A stretch of 64,000 nucleotides of DNA, from assembly GCF_006345805.1 (NCBI RefSeq), contig NC_043003.1, positions 54,870,001 to 54,934,000 of the forward strand. The letters run 5' to 3'. Under the pieces are notes generated by a model. It did not search any database. It saw only the letters and a list, made by a program, of their open reading frames with translations, and was not told the DNA's origin. Made by a program: the position numbers and the translations under genes. The DNA is from Octopus sinensis. Taxonomy: Eukaryota. Numbering within the stretch: position 1 is the first letter of the stretch; every line of letters starts with the position of its first letter. This document shows, in pieces, positions 54,580 to 64,000 of the stretch.

Positions 54580-54892
54580 CTTTCTTCTTTTTCTTCTTCT
54601 TCTTCTGTTACTACTACTACTACTACTACTACAACGACGACCACCACCACCATCGCTACCACCACTAATTGTAGCACTTGCTTCTTGTTCTTGTTCATGT
54701 TCTTCTTCTTATTCTTCTTATTATTATTCCTCCTCCTCCTCCTACCCATTACCAGACTTTTCTTCTCATTTTCCTTCTTTTCCACCACCCTCTCCCCTCA
54801 TTTTCGCTTCCCTTCTCATCATTTCCTTTTTCTAATTTTCCACCTCGCTATCATCATCATCACCATCATTTTCTTTTTTCTTTTCCACCTTT

Positions 54893-54925
<33 letters not shown>

Positions 54926-54933
54926 CACCAATA

Positions 54934-54977
<44 letters not shown>

Positions 54978-54993
54978 ACCACCACTACCACTA

Positions 54994-55049
<56 letters not shown>

Positions 55050-55648
55050 CTCATCTTCTACTCCTCCCATTCTCTTTCTCCCCATCACCAGTTTTTTCTT
55101 CTCATTTTCCTTCTTTCCACCACTTTCTCCTCGCCTCTTCCTCCTCCTCTCCTCATCATCTCATTTTATAAATTTTCTACCTTGTTATTGTCATCATCAC
55201 CATCATCATCATTTTCTTCTTCAACCTCTTTTTGCCTTCTTCTTCTTTTTCAGCCTCTTTTTGCCCTCTTCTTCTTCTTCAGCCTCTTTTTGCCGTCTTC
55301 TTCTTCTTCAGCCTCTTTTTGCCTTCTTCTTCTTCTTCAGCTTCTTTGCCTTCTTCTTCTTCTTCAGCCTCTTTTTGCCTTCTTCTTCTTCAGCCTCTTT
55401 TTGCCTTCTTCTTCTTCAGCCTCTTTTTGCCTTCTTCTTCTTCTTCAGCTTCTTTGCCTTCTTCTTCTTCTTCAGCCTCTTTTTGCCTTCTTCTTCTTCT
55501 TCAGCCTCTTTTTGCCTTCTTCTTCTTCTTCAGCCTCTTTTTGCCTTCTTCTTCTTCTTCAGCCTCTTTTTGCCTTCTTCTTCTTCTTCAGCCTCTTTTT
55601 GCCTTCTTCTTCTTCTTCAGCCTCTTTTTGCCTTCTTCTTCTTCTTCT
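54580..55648. repeat. Trinucleotide low-complexity tract plus ~29-bp minisatellite (55215-55648, ~15 units)
   Basis: (CTA/CAC/CAT/CTT)n; unit CAGCCTCTTTTTGCCTTCTTCTTCTTCTT with variable CTT number. Confidence 0.92.
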
Positions 55649-56090
55649 GAAAAATGGAAAACTGTGTGTGTGTATTATATATATAAAGAGTACATATATT
55701 ACATGTATCTATATGCGCAGTAAATATGTATTTTGCTTGTCTATGTCGCATATACATACGTACGAACATATATGTACATACATACATACACACACACACA
55801 TATATATATTTGTATGTATACATATATATATGTATGTATACATATATATGTATGTATGTACGTATATATATATGAATGTATACATATGTATATGTCTTTA
55901 TATGTATATTTTTATGCATAATATATATATATGTATATATTTATTTATGTATATATATACAACCTGTATGTATGTATGTATTTTGTATATATAGATATAT
56001 TTATATGTAATATATATATATGTATGTATGTATTTTGTATATATAGATATATTTATATGTATATATATATATGTGTATGTATGTATGTGC

Positions 56091-56126
<36 letters not shown>

Positions 56127-56428
56127 GTTTGTGCCAGTTTAGTCCTCCTGTCGTTCATTATGTAAACGGTTATATAATATGGTTAGCGATTTCTCTTATC
56201 GCATCATACATGACATTTAAATATGGTGGCAAAGCTGATTATATAATAATGTGTGAGACGACAATTTTCAATACAGTCGTTGATAACGTCAAAAAATTAA
56301 AAGAAAAAAATGATGACGATGATGTTGATAAAGATGATGATGATGATGATGGTAAAATAAACAATCATATTATTTTTCATTTATTCATTAATTAATCTTA
56401 GTGTTATTATCAGAAAGGCTACTACTAC

Positions 56429-56465
<37 letters not shown>

Positions 56466-57142
56466 ACGGGCTTCTTTCAGCTTCCTTCTACCAAATCCGC
56501 TCCCAAAGCTTTGGTCAGCCCGAGGCTATAGTAAAAGATACTTGCCCAAGGTGCCACGCAGTGGGACTGAACACGGAACCATGTGGTTCGTAAGCAAGCT
56601 ACGCCTATGTATATTTGTTTATATATATATATATTTACATACATACGTACATATATACACATACTTACATGAATCCATAATTACACAGATGCATATGTAC
56701 ATAGTATGCTCATGAAATGGATACACATTTAAATAATGTAGAGTTTTATGTATATATTACATCATACTTGCACATGTGAGTGTCCGTGTGTATATGTGTG
56801 TGCATGCGTGTATGCGCATGTGGTTCTCTGTGTGTGTGGGTTTGTGCGCGCATGTATGTGTGTGTATTCGGCTACACACATGCGCGCACGTATATATGTG
56901 CATGCAAAATTTTATATATAAGTGATCGCTACACTCGATATCATATACATCTTTACACATTGGAAGAATAACTAAAGAAAATTTAATGAAAAAATATAGT
57001 AATAATAATAAATGTTACAAGTAAATAGCATTGCCCAAATATAACAAATTTAAATGTATATACTGGGTGTTAAGGAAAAGTGTATAAGTAACTACCATAT
57101 ACATTTATACATATCTACATACATAAATTTAAAAATATATAA

Positions 57143-57194
<52 letters not shown>

Positions 57195-57227
57195 TAACAC
57201 ACATATAGATGTGTATTTGTATGGGCG

Positions 57228-57264
<37 letters not shown>

Positions 57265-57310
57265 ATGTAAGTAACCTGTGTTTTTTTATATGTCGATTAC
57301 TTTATTATTA

Positions 57311-57360
<50 letters not shown>

Positions 57361-58234
57361 TTTCGTTTTTTATGGTGTGTCTAAGAAAACTATAGAACCG
57401 AAGCGATATTTCACAGAAAAAAAAAATGAAATTAATATTATTTCAAATAAATTTGAAATACAGAAAAATGACAGAGAAATTTTTGCATAAACACCTCCGA
57501 AGAAAAATATAGGTATTGGTCCTTATCAAAGATATTTTACAATTATCGCTATTGTTTAAAAACCTCTGAGCGCTTCATTAGGAATATTAAGTAAAATGAA
57601 TAGAATTGGTTGCCTATCCGTAATCTGTTGAAATCTTTTGAAGTCCCGAATATTCTCGGTTCAAATCTCGCTTCCAACCATATTTTGTTTCTTCAAATTT
57701 TAACTATATTTATGTTCATTCCTTCATGGCCAATTACATATATCCACTTAAAGTAGTTTGGTCGATATTATTGACATGTGCAACTATTCAAATTGTCTAG
57801 CCTTCCGTTTCAATTTGAAATCATAAATCAATGTTAAAGACTATGTTTTAGAAATGTGTGCTGTAAATAGTGATCATCTCATATATATCTATCCTTTCTT
57901 TCCTTTTAAGCTTCTGTTTTGAATATAATATTATAGCTATTTATGTTAGCCTTGCTTACAATCCCTCTTGTAGGTGACAGTGTAATACGTGCTGCGAGCT
58001 AACAATGGATGCTATGTGAGTACTCTTTTACTTGTTTTAGTTGTTTGAATGTGGCCATGCTGGAGCACCGCCTTTAGACCCCAGGACTTATTCTTTGTAA
58101 GGCTAGTACTTAATCTCTTTTGCCGACCACTAAGATACGGGAACGTAAACACACCAGTATCGGTTGTTTAACGACACACAAACATATACGCAAACATACA
58201 CACACACACACACACATATATATATATTATATAT

Positions 58235-58286
<52 letters not shown>

Positions 58287-60963
58287 TACATATATACGAC
58301 CGGCTTCTTTCAGTTTCCGTCTACCAAATCCATTCACAAGGCATTGGTTGGCCCGAGGCTACAGTAGAAGACACCTGCCCAAGGTCCCACGCAGTGGGAC
58401 TGAACCGGGAACCATGTGGTTCGTAAACAAGCTACTTACCACACAGCCACATCACTCGCAAATTAATCAGTATAGATTCCTTTAGCTTAAAATTGGTGAC
58501 CATTCAACATGGAGTTCATCAGTTGCAACACACGCAGTCACACAAAAAGCCTTTCCATGAAGTAGAGCGTGGCAATAGTGTGACTGGGGAACGAGAGTCA
58601 TTTCGTGCTACGCCAAAACGTAACGGATAATTTGTGATGCATAACCAGATGTGTTGTGGTACAGTTTACAGTTTTGTCCATGCCCCATTCCTCTCTCTCT
58701 ATTTTACCGTAGAGGTAGAAAAAACTCGAAGTGGTCAATGTTAAAATACACTTTTAATACGTATGTGCATAATAATATGTTTAATTGATCAGACCAGATC
58801 TAAGGCTATAAAATTACAATTACAACAGCATCTTCATTCTCAGTTTCGTCATCATCACTAAATTAATTAGGGTATTCCAGAAACCTAGAGCGATTACATG
58901 TCCATAGTTTCTTTTTTCATCGTCAACATTACTATAATTACTACAATATTTCCTTCCCTCTTTCTCATTATCATTATCATCATAATCCTTTTGAAGCTCA
59001 AGTCTTCTTTCATTCCAACTGTATATTCCTCTATACGGTAAACGTAGAGTAAACACGTTCAACTCCAGCAAGAACAGCAACTACAAAGGCAACAATTTTT
59101 GTAATAAGAACAATAAAACCAGAAATAGTACACTAGTGAGCTTTCACTCGGTCGAAAAAGCTGCTAGAGCTGAATCTTATTAGTTACTCAATCCGCACTT
59201 ATCTGTTTTTAAAAAGGAAAGCTTCTCACAATGTATTCCTACATGCTGATCCAACCATGAACGACGGCTCTCTATGCATAGTCAATGTGGCTTAACGAGT
59301 CAGAAATGCATGCCTCTTACGATCCCATGGCATCATTCATAGCCCAGTGGGTACTCGCCCATATGTTGTCTATAGGAAAAAATATTCTCTCGAAACAACT
59401 TCCGCAGCGTGTTGACTTTCGATGTCCGAATATACATGATAAATATAACTATATTTCATTAATCTAAATAGTGCGGCTTTAATCAATATCAACATATACA
59501 CAAACATATATATATATATGCGCTCGCGTGTGTGCGTGTGTTTGTTTGTCACTGTATCGATAAGAAGTCAGGGGTACAAAAACATTGCTGACGAGTGGTG
59601 GTACCAGTGGAGATGATGTATGCTGGTAAACAACAACGCCGTATATCATTAGGAAAATAGTAATTAAATAATTCATCTATTGCGTCGATCCCAGACTGAA
59701 TAATAGCAGGCCGATGAGAGAGTCGGACCCAATACATGATTGATGCTATATTTTATCGACTGCAGTCAATGTCGCTCTCGGTGGTATTTGAACCAATCAG
59801 AAAAATACAGGAAATTAACTAAATACTACAAGGAATTGTGTCCAACATTTCATTGAAACAACCAAATGAAATAATGGCTGTAACTGAGATTATTAAGAAA
59901 TACCAAGTAAGTTGTTGATAAAAGTGTTATTGATGTTAAATAATATTAGCTAGTAGTTAATAATAATAACAATGATGATAATGGTGATGATGATGATGAT
60001 GATGATGATTTGAAAATTTGATTCAAGGCCTGAAATTTTGGGGAATTGGTCTAGTCGATAACATCACCCTCAGGGCTCCATCGCTATTTATTTTATAGAC
60101 CCCCGAAAGGATTAAATGCAAAGTTGCCCTCGGCAGAATTTGAACTCAGAACTTAAAGTTGGACGAATTGCCGTAAAGAGTTTCGTCTTGCATGTTAACA
60201 ATTGTGCAGGCTTGTTGCTTCAACAACAATAATGATATTTTTTCTATTTCAAGCACAAGGCCTGACATTTTGGGGCGGAGGATAATCGATGACATCGATA
60301 CCAGTACTCGGCTGGTACTTATTCCATCTTCCTAGAAGACGAAAGACGCTGTCGATCTCTGTAGCACTTAATAAATGCTTTAGAATTTTGGCTCAAGGCC
60401 AGTAATTTTAGGTGAATGAGCAAGTCGGTTACATCGACCCCAGTATTTCATCGGTAATTATTTTACTGACGTCGCAATGATCTAACGCAATATTGAAGTT
60501 AACGGAACTTGCAATCGAATAAGAATCATGTCACACGTTGGCACAGGACCAACATTATTTTAGGATCTGTTTTGTCAATTATATCGGGTCCAGTTCTCCA
60601 CAGGTACTTTATTTTAAAGATTCCAGACTGGAAGAATGAAAAGCAAAGTTAACCATAACAGATTTTGAATTATAAATCAAGAGTAAAAGCTACAAGACCA
60701 ACCTTTAAACTCTTCTGCAAGCCTGCTGATCTAATAACCAGAACTTTCATAGGCACATGAGCAGAATTTTGTGTGAGGACGAACAGTGAATTTTAGCGAA
60801 CCACTACTGGACTGTGGAAAGAATGGTGGTGTAGAACTTGAACTCACAGTATAAAGATTCAAACAGAACTACACAAATGTTTTTTTTTATTATCCAACGC
60901 GCTAAGGATTCAGAGAATCCAATAATAACAACAACAACAACAACAACAATGTTGATGATAATG

Positions 60964-60998
<35 letters not shown>

Positions 60999-61239
60999 CG
61001 ATAGCGAGCGTGATCTTCAATTGTGTCAATGTCTCTTACATATAATCGTTGTCACCATCACATCCAATAACATTATTATGATAACGTAAATATAAAAATG
61101 TCGCAAACATACACACAGACACGCCTTTAAATACATAGATATACATACATGCACAAACACACATTCACAAATACGTATACATGCATATACATTTTACAGG
61201 ATTCAGTCATCATGTGTGTGTACCTATGTATATGTGTCG

Positions 61240-61290
<51 letters not shown>

Positions 61291-61784
61291 CATATATATG
61301 CTCACATATAAATGGGTATATATATAAATGTGAGTGCGTTTATGTATATATAAAATGTGTGCATGAATGTATTCTGTGTACAGATGGCAGATTGTTATAA
61401 AAAATAGAAAATTATCTGGTGAAGTAAAAAATTAGAATTTGAAAAGTGAAAGTTATAAAAAAATTTCTAAAATCGTGAAATGACAGATTGAGCGGAAAAA
61501 TAAGAAATCCAAAGTAAATATGACACAATGAAAATCAATATATGTGACTTGAAGATCCTGAGAAGATGCGATGGTGTATATGTTTTATATTATGTGTTAT
61601 ATGGTTTGAATAATGCCGTGTTGTTTCCTTAGTCGGTGCATAAATATATATATATATGTACATACATTTATACCAACCTACATACATTCACACATATGCA
61701 CACCAAACTTTTTTTCATTTCAACTAGAAAATACTCAATTCTAGAATATAATTCTTTATCTATAACATTTTGATATATATATAT

Positions 61785-61866
<82 letters not shown>

Positions 61867-61960
61867 ATATATACATATATATGTGCACATGCATGTATAT
61901 ATATGTATATATATACATATGCATGTATATATATATATATATATTATATATATTATATAT

Positions 61961-62724
61961 ATGGCGTCCAACAACATCAGAGACTTGGGAGTAACTGTGG
62001 ACAACAACATAATCTGGGCTACACATATAAGCAGCAAAGTTGACATTGCCCGCAGAATGTGTTCTTGGATTCTCAAACCTTCCAGTCGAGAGATTCCCAC
62101 ACCATTATCCTTCTCTTCTCCACTTTTGCCTGACCCCACCTTGAATACTGCTGTCCACTGTGGTCTCCCTACACGAAACAAAATATTATGAGAATTGAAG
62201 CTCCCCAAATGTCAATCACTAAAAAGATAGATGGCATGTCAGATCTCGACTACTGGGGTCGACTAGAATAGCTGGAACTGTATTCACTCAAACGAGGCCG
62301 TGAACGCTACATTATCTGTATGATGTGGAAAATATTCCATCAGCACTGTCCAAATGATGTTGGAATCACCTTCAAAATACATCCAAGACTTGGGCCCCGT
62401 GTCATCCGTCCACAGCAAAAATCTAAATCGCATTTCACAACTACAACACGGCACAATTATTTCACCTCGATTGGACCCGTTCTCTCCAACATTACACCAG
62501 GACACGTCAAAATAGAAACTGACTACACAAAATTCAAGAAGTCTTTAGACAAATTCCTTCAAACAGTCCCGGAAAAACCACCCACACACAGATATGTCTC
62601 CACAAACAATAACTCTCTGTTCGAATGGGCCTTGGTGCTCAAATCCTGAATTGAAAGGCTTCGCCAGGTGGTGCTATTAATTTAGACATGGCCTGGGCCA
62701 ATACTGGCAAAAACTTTTCTAAGT
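61961..62724 (+). mobile_element. 5'-truncated copy of the same LINE family as 330-1838, embedded in (TA)n
   Basis: [23 protein letters not shown]..; same 3'UTR CCAGGTGGTGCTATTAA..GACATGGCCTGGGCCAATA. Confidence 0.93.
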
Positions 62725-63810
62725 TATATATATATATATATATATATATAGATAGATAGATAGACAGATACAGATATATAATAAATATTATCATAGATAC
62801 GTATTATGATATTTTAATTTTCTAAAACAATATTTTTCTGTTTTTCTTTTCCTTATATCACTGATGTTCTAATCACACGAAATCCATCTTTGACATTTCC
62901 CCTTCAAGAGATGGTAAATTAATTAGTAGTCCGTTTGTTTAAGTACATAAACGGAATTTTCGTGCCAATAATTATCTTATTTTATGAAATAGCAAGGTTG
63001 AGTGCTGGCAGAATCCTTAGCACGCCAGCCAAATTTTTTTAATGCATTTCATCCGTTTACACTCTGAGTTGAAATTCCGTTGAGGTCAACTTTGCCTTTC
63101 ACGATTTCGGGGTCGCTAAAATAAGTACCAGTTGAGTTCTGGGGTCTATGATATCGACTTTTTTCTCCCTCAAAATTGCTGGCCTTGAACCAAAATTTGA
63201 AATCAATAATTATCTTCTTTTATGGAAAAGCAAGGTGGCGAGCTTGCACAATCTTTAACATGCCTTATACAATGCATAGTGTTATTTTGTCCATCATTAC
63301 ATTCTGTCTTCAAATTCCACAGATTCTACTTTGCCTCTCCTCCTTTGGGGTGATTAAAGAAAACACCAATTGAGTACTGGGGTCGATGTAATGAATTTAG
63401 CCCCGTATTCTAAGATATCAGGCTTTGTACCTATAGCAGAAAAATATTTCATAGGATGCCAAACTATCGAGCTCCTACAAGCATTACAGAATAGGCAGTT
63501 TTGAAATCCTGTTTCTACATGTGAAAAATGGGGAAAAAAATTGAATAACTGAAGATCAACCATCAACCTCTACAAAGGTGAAACCGAGTTTTACTTTCGA
63601 AAACACATATTTTATGCACCTTTATATATTCATAAAGTGTAAACATTTTTTATAAAACAAGTAACTTCTACCATTTTCTAGCGTTAACTACATTGCTTTG
63701 TTTTATATTTTTGTCATTTTTGCAGATTGCTTGCTCTTAATACGCTTATAGACTGTAATAATGGATTTCTTTCATTTAATAATTCACGAAATCCTGCAGG
63801 AAGGAAATTC

Positions 63811-63851
<41 letters not shown>

Positions 63852-64000
63852 TAAGTAGGTAATTCTACGTGTAATGTATGCCTTTATGCACGAAGGCACA
63901 GCAGAAATACACACACACATACACACTCATATTTATATGCAGGCTGTATGCATTGACACACACACACACATATATATATATGCATATATATATACATATA

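Noticed and set aside
50976-55648. CRISPR-like regular repeats (36 bp, 29 bp; also 30 bp at 40432)
   Set aside because: No unique spacers, no cas genes, eukaryotic context.
54439-55994. 403- and 438-aa ORFs
   Set aside because: Trinucleotide and 29-bp minisatellite sequence open in several frames; the unit length is not a multiple of 3.

Overview
Eukaryotic, very AT-rich, repeat-dominated window with no recognisable intact host gene. The SINE families and (TA)n/(TACA)n/(TAGA)n density suggest an Octopus-like cephalopod genome (inference). Almost all listed ORFs are microsatellite translation artefacts. Real content: (i) a near full-length but inactivated CR1/L2-group LINE (27147-32330) that splits a Tc1 remnant and carries ~1.1 kb of host-like 5' sequence; (ii) two 5'-truncated copies of another CR1/L2-group LINE, each embedded in (TA)n; (iii) three mariner remnants, an L1/Tx1-like RT remnant, three restriction-like-endonuclease (R4/Dong-type) LINE fragments abutting (TAA)n or (TACA)n, many tRNA-derived SINEs and fold-back elements. 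The main hidden signal is about 14 type I hammerhead-ribozyme motifs (CUGANGA...GAAA...NUH with pairable stems, often a palindromic stem III) in about 7 short non-coding families. Most sit in or end at (TA)n microsatellites and many form fold-back inverted duplications. One forms a near-identical ~473-bp tandem plus inverted array, resembling Penelope-like pseudo-LTRs or non-LTR retrozymes. Folds were read by eye, and activity is untested.
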